Of a DNA stretch of 32,000 nt, positions 18,991 through 28,943 are shown one piece after another. The stretch spans positions 420,001 through 452,000 of the forward strand of contig NZ_AP013043.1 in assembly GCF_016592615.1 (NCBI RefSeq). Reading direction: 5' to 3'. Positions within the stretch are counted from its first letter, which is position 1, and every line of letters begins with the position of its first letter. Source of the DNA: Isorropodon fossajaponicum endosymbiont JTNG4 (GTDB lineage: Bacteria; Pseudomonadota; Gammaproteobacteria; PS1; Pseudothioglobaceae). The translations under genes were made by a program, and so were the position numbers. The notes under the pieces were generated by a model. That model saw only the letters and a program-made list of their open reading frames with translations, was not told where the DNA came from and made no database searches.

Positions 18991-19320
18991 AAGTATGGAC
19001 AGCTCTATTGGGCACACATCTGGGCAAGAGGTATGCCAAAATATAGCATTGTCCACTTATTTTTACTTATCCTCAGAGGGTGTTATTTTGTTGTTATTGT
19101 CATCAATTAATGCAAATTTATCTTTCAGAGATTTTGGACTGGAATACAAGGAAACACTAGGGGAAACTTGTTCTTGCAACTTTGTAAGCTTGTTAGTATT
19201 GGGCGAGGTAAGTAAAAAGTAAGCCAAGATAAGCATAACAATACTTAGCCCAAGGAGAAAATTGCGTGTATTTTTAATTTTCGCGCAGTCCCTATTATTG
19301 TGCTTTATTGAGTTTTTCAT
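18991..19320 (-). pseudogene. SCO1/SenC copper chaperone with two in-frame stops, 3'-truncated by fusion to the transposase fragment
   Basis: An N-terminal membrane anchor is followed by KFALIDDNNNKITPSEDK-TAA-AAA-TAA-VDNAIFWHTSCPDVCPIELS. CPDVCP is the SCO CxxxC copper site (19009-19026). The thioredoxin fold downstream is missing. Confidence 0.65.
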
Positions 19321-19341
19321 AGAGATACCTTTTGACAGTCT

Positions 19342-20313
19342 TTATGTCGGCACTTTAAAGATTCTATGCACAAGTTTAATAATACTAAGTAATAACAATA
19401 ACGCTACTGTATTATGCAAAACCGCTATTATTATTAGCAATGAAAGGACGACATTAAGAATGCCAAGTGTGATTTGTATTGTTAATAAAATAGCAATTAA
19501 TATTAAATTTGACCTTAAGTGGGTGTAATTTCTAAATAAATAAATAAGTAGCAGTATGAGCATGGTGGTTATTAGAGTGCCAATACGGTGAATCATTTGA
19601 ATGGCAGAACGTGCTGGGTTTTCCAATGTGCCATATTCATAATCGACGCCCAATGGACCCCAATACAATGCACCAGCAAAATCCATATCGGGCCACCAAT
19701 CGTTCAAGCATTTTGGAAAGTATTCACCACAAGATAATGCTGCATAGTTGGTGCTAGTCCACCCGCCCAAGGCAATCTGAAGACTCAGTGCACCCAGTAC
19801 AATTAATAATATAAATTTATGTTTTTTTAGAGTGTGCTGGTAGATTGCCGGTGGTTTGCTTTGGTTAAGCAGCATCCAAATCAACAGTGCAGTCGTCACA
19901 AAGCCACCTATTAAATGCAAAGTGACAATGCCAGGATGCACTAGTAGAGTGACCGTCCACATGCCAAATGCGCCTTGCAGCATGACAAAAAAGGCACTAA
20001 ACCCAGGTAGTTTTAATGACTGATGGCGTTGTGGCTTGCCTTTTAGTGCTAAAAAAAATAAAACAAGTATTGTCAACCCAAGCGTGGAAGCTGCATAACG
20101 ATGTAGCATTTCTTTCCAGCCTTTTGCAGCCTCTAGTGGACGTGAAAACCCTTGAATGGTAGAGCCATCTTTAACATTAGGAACACTTAATTGACCATAA
20201 CACCCTGGCCAGTCTGGGCAACCTAATCCAGCATCGCTTAGACGTGTGTAGGCACCTAGAATAACAACAATAAATGCTAAGATAATTGAAATTTGTAGTA
20301 TTTTTCTAAACAT
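19342..20313 (-). CDS. ctaA: heme A synthase (COX15/CtaA)
   Basis: 323 aa, 8 TM, with GLGCPDWPGCYG and conserved His-containing helices. Confidence 0.9.
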   Translation of the reverse strand: MFRKILQISIILAFIVVILGAYTRLSDAGLGCPDWPGCYGQLSVPNVKDGSTIQGFSRPLEAAKGWKEMLHRYAASTLGLTILVLFFLALKGKPQRHQSLKLPGFSAFFVMLQGAFGMWTVTLLVHPGIVTLHLIGGFVTTALLIWMLLNQSKPPAIYQHTLKKHKFILLIVLGALSLQIALGGWTSTNYAALSCGEYFPKCLNDWWPDMDFAGALYWGPLGVDYEYGTLENPARSAIQMIHRIGTLITTMLILLLIYLFRNYTHLRSNLILIAILLTIQITLGILNVVLSLLIIIAVLHNTVALLLLLSIIKLVHRIFKVPT

Positions 20314-20321
20314 TTACTACC

Positions 20322-20350
20322 GCCCCCTTGTGCAAAACACACAAGGGGGC
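20322..20350. repeat. GC-rich 11-bp-stem hairpin (gcccccttgtg-caaaaca-cacaagggggc) between the DUF2189 gene and ctaA
   Basis: Perfect inverted repeat. On the minus strand its 3' arm contains the only Shine-Dalgarno-like sequence (aaggggg) upstream of the ctaA ATG. Confidence 0.5.
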
Positions 20351-20383
20351 AAAAATAGAAAACCGAGCGTTTTTAATTGGTTG

Positions 20384-21208
20384 TTATTCCATCTCACCAA
20401 TCATAGATTTATAAGCATGCCAAGTAGCATGAGCCAATATTGGGACAGCAACCACCATGCCTATAAAATATGGCGTTAATAAACTGGCTAAAACAATAAC
20501 ACCAACAATTGGCACCCATATTAGCATTACAATTTTATTGGCTAATGCAGTCCTAATACTGGTATTAGCAGCTGTAAATGGGTCAACATCTTGGTCCAAT
20601 ACCATAGGAAAAGAAAACCAACTAATCATAAAAGATATCCAAGCAATAGCAACAGTAAAAACACCATAAACAATTAAGAATAACGGATTATTAAAGCTGG
20701 TAATATCAGCCAAGATAGCCTCCATAATTGTTTGATTTTGGTTAACAAAAGTGTCGGTGTTAAGCGCCGCATAAATAAGTGGTGTAAATACCATCCACAT
20801 AATTGCCAACACAATCAAAATGACAGATAAAAATAATGAAGGACAAGAGCCATTGGCTTTGAAAGCGGATTTAATCACCATTAGTATAGATCCAAGAGAA
20901 AGACTTTCTCCAGCAGATAAACGCTTTGAGGCGTCATACATAGCCATGGCGGAAATAGGGCCAAATATAATAACTACAATGGCTAATAAAGGCGCTGAAA
21001 GGTCACTAAGTGTCGGTGAGTTTGATAAAAAATCCCAGTAAAAATAGGTAAATGAAGTAAATAGTGCGCCATAAAATAATGCCAATGCTGGGCACTTTAT
21101 AAAATCTTCTACACCTTGTTTTAGCCACATAAAAGGCGCACCATAACTAACTTGTTTAATACGGGCTTTTTTATTTAGGCCTTTGGCCATCCGCTGTGTT
21201 TGTAGCAT
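20384..21208 (-). CDS. DUF2189-family integral membrane protein (commonly associated with cox clusters)
   Basis: Multi-TM protein with the C-terminal motif AHATWHAYKSMI typical of DUF2189. GAGGAG lies 7 nt before the ATG at 21208, so the ORF-track start at 21238 is less likely. Confidence 0.62.
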   Translation of the reverse strand: MLQTQRMAKGLNKKARIKQVSYGAPFMWLKQGVEDFIKCPALALFYGALFTSFTYFYWDFLSNSPTLSDLSAPLLAIVVIIFGPISAMAMYDASKRLSAGESLSLGSILMVIKSAFKANGSCPSLFLSVILIVLAIMWMVFTPLIYAALNTDTFVNQNQTIMEAILADITSFNNPLFLIVYGVFTVAIAWISFMISWFSFPMVLDQDVDPFTAANTSIRTALANKIVMLIWVPIVGVIVLASLLTPYFIGMVVAVPILAHATWHAYKSMIGEME

Positions 21209-21288
21209 TTTTAATCTCCTCAATAGATGTAATGTCATCTACATTAAAACAGACCTTTTTATACCTGTCAAGAAAATAATTGAATAAT

Positions 21289-21302
21289 TTGACTCAAATC
21301 AA
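21289..21302. promoter_or_regulatory. FNR/CRP-family box TTGAC-TCAA-ATCAA in the divergent cox intergenic region
   Basis: Matches 9 of 10 positions of TTGAT-N4-ATCAA. It lies about 125 bp upstream of the coxB ATG and about 87 bp upstream of the DUF2189 ATG. Confidence 0.4.
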
Positions 21303-21420
21303 GGAAATTTATTATTATTTGTGAATGAGAAAAATAATTGTGTATCATGGTGGCAGTTTTCAGTACAACAATGCATTGAAAACCTATGATATTTGTTTAT
21401 TTTTTTTAGGGGAAAGATTT

Positions 21421-22533
21421 ATGAGCAAATTGACGTCTCGCTTGGTGGGCGGTTTGATTGCAATAGTGTCAGAAAATGCATTTGCTGAGTATGGTTTTAA
21501 CATGACACAAGGGGTTACCTCGGTAAGTCGTGATATTTATGGCTTGCACACGATGGTATTTTGGATTTGTGTTGCCATCGCCGTTATTGTATTCGGTGTT
21601 ATGATTTATTCGCTGATTGTGCATCGTAAATCTCAAGGTGCAGTGGCTGCAAATTTTCATGAAAGTACAAAGGTCGAGCTACTTTGGACAGGCGTACCCA
21701 TTATCATTTTAGTATTAATGGTAATTCCTGCTTCAACTGTACTGATTGATTTAGAAGATACTTCTAAAGCGCAAATGACCATTAAGATTACAGGGCATCA
21801 GTGGAAATGGCAGTACGATTATCCTAAAGAAGGCATTAGTTTTATTTCTAACCTTAAACAAGACTCTAAAGATGTCATTTATTCTGGCAATAGGCATAAG
21901 AATTATTTATTAGAAGTAGACAATAACTTGGTGTTACCAGTAGACACTTCTATTCGTTTTTTAATTACTTCAAATGATGTTATTCATAGTTGGTGGGTGC
22001 CTGATTTTGGTGTGAAACAGGATGCTAACCCAGGCTTTATTAATGATGCATGGGTGCAGATTGATGAGATTGGCACCTATCGTGGTCAGTGTGCTGAGCT
22101 TTGTGGTAAAGACCACGGCTTTATGCCAATTGTGGTTGATGTGGTTTCCAAAGCAGACTATGCTAAGTGGGTATTAAAGCAACAGGCAGCTAAAGCGGCA
22201 ACATTTGCCAAGTCAAGTAAAACTTGGCGAGAAGAAGAATTAATAAGTCTAGGTCAAAAGGTTTATAATACGAATTGTTCTAGTTGTCATGGCATTACCG
22301 GCAAAGGTATTCCTGGTGTTTTTCCAGCACTTAAAGGCAGTTCTATTGCAACTGGCGATATCAAAAAACATATTAGTATTGTTTTGCATGGAAAAGCTGG
22401 AACAGCAATGGCTAGTTATAAAAACATACTAGGAGATGCTGATATTGCGGCGGTAATTACTTTTGAAAGGGCTGCTTTTGGCAACCAAATGGGCGATTTA
22501 ATTCAGCCAGTACAAATTAAAGCGGCGCGATAA
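21421..22533 (+). CDS. coxB: cytochrome c oxidase (aa3) subunit II with a fused C-terminal cytochrome c domain
   Basis: Signal peptide, two TM helices, the CuA site HSWWVP...CAELCGKDHGFMP and a C-terminal CSSCHG heme c site. The ATG at 21421 fits family N-termini. The ORF-track start at 21325 adds a non-homologous extension. Confidence 0.92.
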   Translation: MSKLTSRLVGGLIAIVSENAFAEYGFNMTQGVTSVSRDIYGLHTMVFWICVAIAVIVFGVMIYSLIVHRKSQGAVAANFHESTKVELLWTGVPIIILVLMVIPASTVLIDLEDTSKAQMTIKITGHQWKWQYDYPKEGISFISNLKQDSKDVIYSGNRHKNYLLEVDNNLVLPVDTSIRFLITSNDVIHSWWVPDFGVKQDANPGFINDAWVQIDEIGTYRGQCAELCGKDHGFMPIVVDVVSKADYAKWVLKQQAAKAATFAKSSKTWREEELISLGQKVYNTNCSSCHGITGKGIPGVFPALKGSSIATGDIKKHISIVLHGKAGTAMASYKNILGDADIAAVITFERAAFGNQMGDLIQPVQIKAAR

Positions 22534-22555
22534 TTAAAGAACATAGGAGAATATC

Positions 22556-24160
22556 ATGACAACAGCAACAGCTCACACTGACGACCATCATGGCCCTGAA
22601 AAAGGCTTAATGAGGTGGATTAAAACGACCAACCATAAGGATATTGGCTCACTATATTTATGGTTTGCATTTACTATGGTGCTCATTGGTGGTGTAATGG
22701 CAATGGTTATTCGTATGGAGTTATTCCAACCAGGTATGCAACTGATTGAGCCACAATTTTTTAATCAGATGACAACTATGCACGGTTTGATTATGGTATT
22801 TGGTGCAATTATGCCAGCGTTTGTTGGTTTGGGTAATTGGCTTATTCCAATGATGATAGGTGCGCCTGATATGGCATTGCCACGGATGAATAATTGGTCT
22901 TTTTGGATTCTACCATTTGCTGGTGGTATTTTATTAAGTACGTTTTTTATGGAAGGTGGCGCACCTGCATTTGGCTGGACGTTTTATGCGCCATTATCAA
23001 CAACGTTTGCACCAGACAGTACTGATTTCTTTATTTTTGCAGTGCATTTATTAGGCTTTTCATCCATCATGGGTGCGATTAATATTATTGCAACTGTGCT
23101 TAATATGCGTGCACCAGAGATGAAACTTATGGACATGCCATTGTTTGTATGGACATGGTTAATTACCTCATTTTTACTGATTGGTGCAATGCCAGTACTT
23201 GCGGGTGTAGTCACTATGATGTTGACAGATCGTAACTTTGGCACAGCATTTTTTGATGCAACAGGTGGCGGTGATCCAGTATTGTTTCAACATATCTTTT
23301 GGTTTTTTGGTCATCCTGAAGTTTATATTATGATTTTGCCAGCGTTTGGCGTGATTTCACACATCATCCCAACTTTTGCGCGCAAGCCTTTATTTGGTTA
23401 TTCGTCGATGGTTTATGCCGCCGCGTCGATTGCATTTTTATCCTACATTGTGTGGGCACACCATATGTTTTTAACTGGCATGCCAGTTGCAGGCGAGTTG
23501 TATTTTATGTACGCCACCATGCTAATTGCTGTGCCAACAGGTGTTAAGGTGTTTAACTGGGTGGCAACCATGTGGAAAGGCTCTATGACCTTTGAAACGC
23601 CAATGTTATGGGCGATTTCATTTGTGTTCTTATTCACGATTGGCGGTTTTTCTGGCTTAATGCTGGGCATTGCACCAGCAGATATTCAGTATCATGACAC
23701 TTATTTCGTGGTTGCACATTTTCACTATGTATTGGTAACTGGCGCGTTGTGGTCTATCATTGCGGCAACGTTTTACTGGCTGCCTAAATGGACAGGCAAA
23801 ATGTACAACGAAACTTTAGCAAAGGTACATTTTTGGTGGGCGATTATTTCAGTGAATGTATTGTTTTTCCCTCAGCACTTTTTAGGGTTGGCAGGCATGC
23901 CTAGGCGTATTCCTGATTATTCATTACAGTTTGCTGATTTTAATATGATTTCTTCTATTGGTGGTTTTGCGTTTGGTGCATCATTTATTCTATTCACTTA
24001 TATTGTGATTGATTGTATTCGTAACGGCAAGTCAGCAGATGCTCGCCCTTGGGAGGGTGCCAAAGGTTTAGAATGGACTTTAGAACCTAAAGCGCAGTAC
24101 CATAGTTTTAATACGCCACCAACAAGAGCGTTAATTGAGCAAGAATCTCAGCACTCTTAA
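22556..24160 (+). CDS. coxA: cytochrome c oxidase (aa3) subunit I
   Basis: 534 aa, 12 TM, with the [10 protein letters not shown] and VWAHHMF motifs and the HFHYV histidines. Confidence 0.97.
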   Translation: MTTATAHTDDHHGPEKGLMRWIKTTNHKDIGSLYLWFAFTMVLIGGVMAMVIRMELFQPGMQLIEPQFFNQMTTMHGLIMVFGAIMPAFVGLGNWLIPMMIGAPDMALPRMNNWSFWILPFAGGILLSTFFMEGGAPAFGWTFYAPLSTTFAPDSTDFFIFAVHLLGFSSIMGAINIIATVLNMRAPEMKLMDMPLFVWTWLITSFLLIGAMPVLAGVVTMMLTDRNFGTAFFDATGGGDPVLFQHIFWFFGHPEVYIMILPAFGVISHIIPTFARKPLFGYSSMVYAAASIAFLSYIVWAHHMFLTGMPVAGELYFMYATMLIAVPTGVKVFNWVATMWKGSMTFETPMLWAISFVFLFTIGGFSGLMLGIAPADIQYHDTYFVVAHFHYVLVTGALWSIIAATFYWLPKWTGKMYNETLAKVHFWWAIISVNVLFFPQHFLGLAGMPRRIPDYSLQFADFNMISSIGGFAFGASFILFTYIVIDCIRNGKSADARPWEGAKGLEWTLEPKAQYHSFNTPPTRALIEQESQHS

Positions 24161-24258
24161 TGGCAAATAAAAACAATCAGGGCGTGGCAATTACCGTGGC
24201 AATTACTAGTGCTATTGCAATAGGTGTGTTTGTAGCAACCATTGTATTGTATGGCTGA
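24160..24258 (+). CDS. 32-aa single-TM peptide between coxA and ctaG (possible small oxidase assembly protein)
   Basis: Not in the ORF track because it is too short. It encodes [32 protein letters not shown]. Its ATG overlaps the coxA stop (TAATG) and its TGA overlaps the ctaG start (ATGGCTGA). Confidence 0.45.
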   Translation: MANKNNQGVAITVAITSAIAIGVFVATIVLYG

Positions 24259-24784
24259 AATGGAGAGCAAGCAAAAGATAACAAAAAAGTTTTGGACAAA
24301 ACTGATCCTAGCGCCAATATTGATGTTTTTCTTTGCCTATGCCATGGTGCCTATTTATGATGTGTTTTGTGAAATTACTGGGTTTAATGGCACAACTGGC
24401 AGAGTGGATAGTGAACAGACGTATGTTGTAGATGAGACGCGCAAGATTGAGGTCAGTTTTTTTGCCATGACAATGAGTGGCTTTCCAGTCCAGTTTGGGC
24501 CTAAAGTAAGCTCAATGGAGGTCATACCTGGTAAGTTTTATACCACTAGTTATATTGCCAAAAACAATACTGATGAAATTGTTATTGGGCAAGCAGTTCC
24601 TAGTGTTGCACCGACAGAGGCTGCGTTGTATTTTAAAAAATTAGAGTGTTTTTGTTTTAATAAACAAGTGTTTAAGCCGCATGAGCAAGTTGAGATGACA
24701 TTGCGATTTGTAATTGAGCCAGAATTAGACAAACGCATTAAAGATGTAAGTCTGTCTTATAATTTTTTTAAACTTAAGAGCTAA
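24251..24784 (+). CDS. ctaG: cytochrome c oxidase assembly protein CtaG/Cox11
   Basis: N-terminal TM helix, then VPIYDVFCEITGFNGTTGR and CFCF copper-binding motifs. Confidence 0.9.
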   Translation: MAEMESKQKITKKFWTKLILAPILMFFFAYAMVPIYDVFCEITGFNGTTGRVDSEQTYVVDETRKIEVSFFAMTMSGFPVQFGPKVSSMEVIPGKFYTTSYIAKNNTDEIVIGQAVPSVAPTEAALYFKKLECFCFNKQVFKPHEQVEMTLRFVIEPELDKRIKDVSLSYNFFKLKS

Positions 24785-24799
24785 AAAGAGGGGAGAAAT

Positions 24800-25684
24800 A
24801 TGAACGAACAGGAATATTATGTACCAAGTGGCACCTACTGGCCTATTATTGGCTCAGTTGGTGTTGCTACTTTATTTGTAGGTTTTGCTAATCAAATGCA
24901 TGGCGCCAGTTGGGGCGGGTCAATCATGGCTTTGGGGTTTGCTATTTTGGTGTTTATGATGTTTGGCTGGTTTGGTCAAGTTGTTAAGGAAAGTACTAGC
25001 GGCATGTACAATAGCCAAGTTGATCGTTCATTTCGCTGGGGCATGAGCTGGTTTATTTTTTCTGAAGTGATGTTTTTTGCCGCTTTTTTTGGTGCGTTGT
25101 TTTATGCAAGGCAATTATCAGTTCCGTGGCTAGGCGGTGCAGATAATAATATCTTCACGCCAGAACTATGGGATGGTTTTAGTGCAACATGGCAGCAAAT
25201 TGCCTTTAACACGCCAGGCGCAACGTTACAATCAGGCACAGCGGTTTCTATGCCAACACAACTGGTTGATGCTTGGGGCTTGCCAGCACTTAACACCGCA
25301 TTATTATTACTATCAGGTGTTACTTTGACGTTTGCACACCACGCATTGCGCGCGGATCACCGTAATAAAATTATTGGCTGGTTGGTTGCCACTATTGTTT
25401 TAGGTGTTTTATTTTTAGGTTTTCAAATTACCGAATATGGACATGCATATCATGATGGTCTAAAACTAACCTCTGGTATTTATGGATCAACGTTTTATAT
25501 GCTAACTGGTTTCCATGGTTTCCATGTAACAGTAGGTGTGATTATGCTAACGGTTATTCTTTATCGTGTACAAAAAGGGCACTTTAGTGCGGCCAATCAT
25601 TTTGGCTTTGAAGGTGTTGCTTGGTATTGGCATTTTGTAGATGTGGTTTGGCTGGGTTTATTTATCTTTGTATATTGGCTGTAA
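24800..25684 (+). CDS. coxC: cytochrome c oxidase (aa3) subunit III
   Basis: 294 aa, 7 TM, with the YMLTGFHGFHVTVG and YWHFVDVVWL motifs. Confidence 0.95.
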   Translation: MNEQEYYVPSGTYWPIIGSVGVATLFVGFANQMHGASWGGSIMALGFAILVFMMFGWFGQVVKESTSGMYNSQVDRSFRWGMSWFIFSEVMFFAAFFGALFYARQLSVPWLGGADNNIFTPELWDGFSATWQQIAFNTPGATLQSGTAVSMPTQLVDAWGLPALNTALLLLSGVTLTFAHHALRADHRNKIIGWLVATIVLGVLFLGFQITEYGHAYHDGLKLTSGIYGSTFYMLTGFHGFHVTVGVIMLTVILYRVQKGHFSAANHFGFEGVAWYWHFVDVVWLGLFIFVYWL

Positions 25685-25704
25685 TTAGTTATAAAATCGA
25701 AAAC

Positions 25705-25730
25705 AAGACTCCGTTTGGGGTCTTTTGTTT
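25705..25730 (+). terminator. candidate rho-independent terminator after coxC
   Basis: aagactcc-gttt-ggggtctt stem (one G-U pair) followed by ttgttt. Confidence 0.5.
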
Positions 25731-25748
25731 ATCGCGTAGGAAGTATTA

Positions 25749-25979
25749 ATGACACAAATTATTATCATCGTTATTATTGTCGCTATTTTAATAGCACTAG
25801 GTTCAGGTTTATTGGGCATGCTTAGAGCTGGATCAGCTGGCTCAGATAAAATGTTTAAATCATTAGTGATACGCGTGGTTTTGTCCTTATTCTTGTTTAT
25901 CTTAGTTATGTTTGCTGCGTTTATGGGTTGGATAGAACCAAATGTGGTTATGATGGATGCGCCCCACTTAAGTGATTAA
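25749..25979 (+). CDS. DUF2909-type two-TM small protein of cox clusters
   Basis: 76 aa with two TM helices. It sits in the conserved position between coxC and SURF1. Confidence 0.6.
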   Translation: MTQIIIIVIIVAILIALGSGLLGMLRAGSAGSDKMFKSLVIRVVLSLFLFILVMFAAFMGWIEPNVVMMDAPHLSD

Positions 25980-26661
25980 ACGCACTATTTTTATACCTGC
26001 AGTTTTAATACTCTTAAGTATTTATGGACTAGCGTCGTTAGGATTTTGGCAACTTGAGCGTGCTGATGAAAAACGAGCAATTGAGCATGGGATTATCTTG
26101 GCGCAACAAAGCCCAGCCCAATCGGTAACAAGTGTAGATGAGTTATTAAATAAAGAGCATTATCAAGTTTTACTAAAAGGTCATTATGACACTAATAAAC
26201 AGTTTATTTATGACAATCAAATTGTTAAAGGTAATGCTGGTTATTATGTGCTCACGCCATTCGTTTTAAGTGATAAAACTGCTATTTTAGTAAATCGAGG
26301 TTTTGTACCTTGGTATGGAAAGCGTGAGCAATTGACTGATATCAAGTTAGATAATTTGCCAAGAATTATTAAAGTAGAGTTGATTAAGCCTGTTGAACGT
26401 ATTAGACTCAAGCAACAACCAATCAAGCTAAATTTTCCGATATTAATTCAATCTTTGAATTTGGATGAATTATCCACGGTGTCTGATTATCAAATTATTG
26501 CCATGTTGGCACGTCTTGATGTTAAATCCAGTGATGGTTTTTTCAGGCAATGGCAGCCTTTTTACGGCAGTGTTGATAAGCATTTAGGCTATGCATTGCA
26601 ATGGTTTTTAATGGCCTTGGCGTTAGGTATTATTGCCTTAAAATTATTGATAAAAAATTGA
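25972..26661 (+). CDS. SURF1-family cytochrome oxidase biogenesis protein
   Basis: GTG start with an 8-nt overlap on the previous ORF. It has an N-terminal TM helix plus GFWQLERADEKR, then VLVNRGFVPW, and a C-terminal LGYALQWFLMAL TM helix. Confidence 0.85.
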   Translation: MIKRTIFIPAVLILLSIYGLASLGFWQLERADEKRAIEHGIILAQQSPAQSVTSVDELLNKEHYQVLLKGHYDTNKQFIYDNQIVKGNAGYYVLTPFVLSDKTAILVNRGFVPWYGKREQLTDIKLDNLPRIIKVELIKPVERIRLKQQPIKLNFPILIQSLNLDELSTVSDYQIIAMLARLDVKSSDGFFRQWQPFYGSVDKHLGYALQWFLMALALGIIALKLLIKN

Positions 26662-26775
26662 TTTATACTAAGCAACTATGATACGGTTGACTATATCATA
26701 AGCGTTAGTGTAGAATTCAGGTCTATTTCTTGTATTAAAGAACTGGACATTAACTAAAAATAAAGAGGACTATTG

Positions 26776-28197
26776 ATGAATTTAACAGAAAAGTATGATT
26801 TGTGTGTTGTTAAATGGTTTACTATTATGGCATCTGTTTATTTAGTATTAGGCACACTGCTTGGGGTATATATTGCTTCTGAACTAGCCTTCCCGTTTCT
26901 TAATGATTTAGGTACAGATTTACCTTATTTCCAATTTGGTCGATTGAGACCTTTGCACACCAACACTGTTATTTTTGCTTTTGGGGGGTCGGTGCTGATG
27001 GCATCCGCTTTTTATATTGTACAGCGTACTAATCAAACCCGCCTTTGGTCCAATAAAATGGCTTGGTTTACGTTTTGGTCATGGAATACTGTGATTGTTT
27101 TAGCGGTCATTACGCTGCCTTTAGGTTTGACCCAATCCAAGGAGTATGCAGAATTAGAATGGCCGGTTGATATTTTAATCACCTTATCATGGGTTACTTA
27201 TTTATATAACTTTGTTATGACTATTCATATTCGTGATCGCAATAAAGTGCCACATGTTTATGTGGCTAACTGGTTCTTTATGGGTATGATGATCATGGTT
27301 ACTTACCTTCATGTGGTTAATAATTTATCCATTCCAGTGAGTGCGTTCAAATCCTATTCAATTTTCTCTGGCGTACAAGATGCAATGATTCAGTGGTGGT
27401 GGGGTCATAATGCCGTTGGCTTTTTCTTAACAGCAGGATTCTTAGGCATTATGTATTATTTTGTACCGAAACAAGCCCAGCGCCCCGTATATTCTTATCG
27501 CTTATCAGTTATTCATTTTTGGGCACTAATGTTTGGTTATGTTTGGTTAGGTGCGCACCATCTTCAATATACGGCATTACCAGATTGGGCAGGCTCATTA
27601 GGTGCAACAATTTCACTAGCCATGATTATTCCATCATGGGGTGGCGCACTTAATGGTATCTTGACGTTATCAGGTGCTTGGGATCGTTTGCGTGAAGACT
27701 ACATCTTGCGTTTCTTGATCATGTCTTTAGCGTTTTATGCCATGAGTACATTTGAAGGTCCAGTGATGGCAGCAAAGACAGTTAATGCCTTATCACATTA
27801 CACAGATTGGACGATTGGTCATGTACATTCTGGTGCATTAGGTTGGAATATTATGGTGGCAGCAGGTGCGATGTATCATATGATTGAGAAAATCTATAAT
27901 GTGAAAATGTCACAAAAACTTTTAGGCATTCACTTCTGGGTGCATACGATTGGTACGGTGGTTTATATTGTGGCGATGTGGGTATCAGGCATCATGCAAG
28001 GCTTGATGTGGAGAGCATATGATGAATACGGCACATTGGCTTATACGTTTGCCGAATCAGTATCAGCCATGCATCCTTATTATGTCATGAGGGCTGCAGG
28101 TGGTGCATTGGTATTAGTAGGTGCAATTATCATGTTAATTAATATTGTGACGACCATTCGTAGATCATCAGGCGCCGGTCAAACGGCTAACGCATAA
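26776..28197 (+). CDS. ccoN: cbb3-type cytochrome c oxidase subunit I
   Basis: 473 aa, 12 TM, with HNAVGFF and HHLQYT...HVHSGALGW histidine ligands. RBS agagga lies 6 nt before the ATG at 26776. Confidence 0.95.
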   Translation: MNLTEKYDLCVVKWFTIMASVYLVLGTLLGVYIASELAFPFLNDLGTDLPYFQFGRLRPLHTNTVIFAFGGSVLMASAFYIVQRTNQTRLWSNKMAWFTFWSWNTVIVLAVITLPLGLTQSKEYAELEWPVDILITLSWVTYLYNFVMTIHIRDRNKVPHVYVANWFFMGMMIMVTYLHVVNNLSIPVSAFKSYSIFSGVQDAMIQWWWGHNAVGFFLTAGFLGIMYYFVPKQAQRPVYSYRLSVIHFWALMFGYVWLGAHHLQYTALPDWAGSLGATISLAMIIPSWGGALNGILTLSGAWDRLREDYILRFLIMSLAFYAMSTFEGPVMAAKTVNALSHYTDWTIGHVHSGALGWNIMVAAGAMYHMIEKIYNVKMSQKLLGIHFWVHTIGTVVYIVAMWVSGIMQGLMWRAYDEYGTLAYTFAESVSAMHPYYVMRAAGGALVLVGAIIMLINIVTTIRRSSGAGQTANA

Positions 28198-28211
28198 AGA
28201 GGGAGCGGACT

Positions 28212-28943
28212 ATGGCAAAGAAAAACGTAAAAGAAAGTTTACAAGTTAAGCTAGAAAAGAATATTTTTGGCATGTATTTGTTTATGGCACTAACAGTGTC
28301 ATTAGCAGGTATTGTAGAAATTGTTCCTTTGTTTACCAATCCTGAAGCAGTCAAGGACGAAGTGATTGCAGCTGACGGCAGTATAAAAAGTTTATTATGG
28401 CTTCGTTCTGAAGGTCAAGTACTGTCTGACTGGAAACCAGGTGATGGTACAAGGCCTTTAACTGCTTTAGAATTGGCAGGTCGTGATATTTATCAGCGCG
28501 AAGGTTGTTATTTATGTCATTCACAAATGATACGTCCATTTAGAGATGAGAAAGAGCGCTATGGCCATTTCTCTTTAGCGGTAGAATCAAAGTATGACCA
28601 CCCATTTCAATGGGGCTCTAAAAGAACAGGCCCTGATTTAGCGCGCGTTGGCGGTAAATATTCCGATGAATGGCATATTTTGCATTTACGCCATCCACAA
28701 GCAGTTGTGTCAGAATCAGTCATGCCAAAATATCGTTTCTTAGAAAGTGCTTTGGTTGATGGCGAAACAATCGCTACACACATGAGCGGTTTGTCTAAAG
28801 TCGGCGTGCCTTATACGCAAGCAGATATTGCACAAGCACCAGCCTCTGTTAAAGGCAAGAATGAAATGGATGCAATGGTGGCTTATTTGCAATCCTTGGG
28901 CAATATGATTAAATTTGAAGACGGCGTTACTTACAGAGAGTAA
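28212..28943 (+). CDS. ccoO: cbb3-type cytochrome c oxidase subunit II (monoheme)
   Basis: TM anchor, [11 protein letters not shown] heme site and the [16 protein letters not shown] motif. Confidence 0.95.
   Translation: MAKKNVKESLQVKLEKNIFGMYLFMALTVSLAGIVEIVPLFTNPEAVKDEVIAADGSIKSLLWLRSEGQVLSDWKPGDGTRPLTALELAGRDIYQREGCYLCHSQMIRPFRDEKERYGHFSLAVESKYDHPFQWGSKRTGPDLARVGGKYSDEWHILHLRHPQAVVSESVMPKYRFLESALVDGETIATHMSGLSKVGVPYTQADIAQAPASVKGKNEMDAMVAYLQSLGNMIKFEDGVTYRE

Noticed and set aside
21325-21420. N-terminal extension of coxB (MRKIIVYHGGSFQYNN...)
   Set aside because: The extension has no similarity to subunit II N-termini. The ATG at 21421 gives a normal signal peptide and has a purine-rich RBS.
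26677-26700. FNR-like site TTGACTATATCAT and the tatgata-N10-tatcata inverted repeat upstream of ccoN
   Set aside because: The half-site spacing is one nt short of TTGA-N6-TCAA and the right half is poor. I keep it only as an unexplained inverted repeat and do not call it an FNR box.
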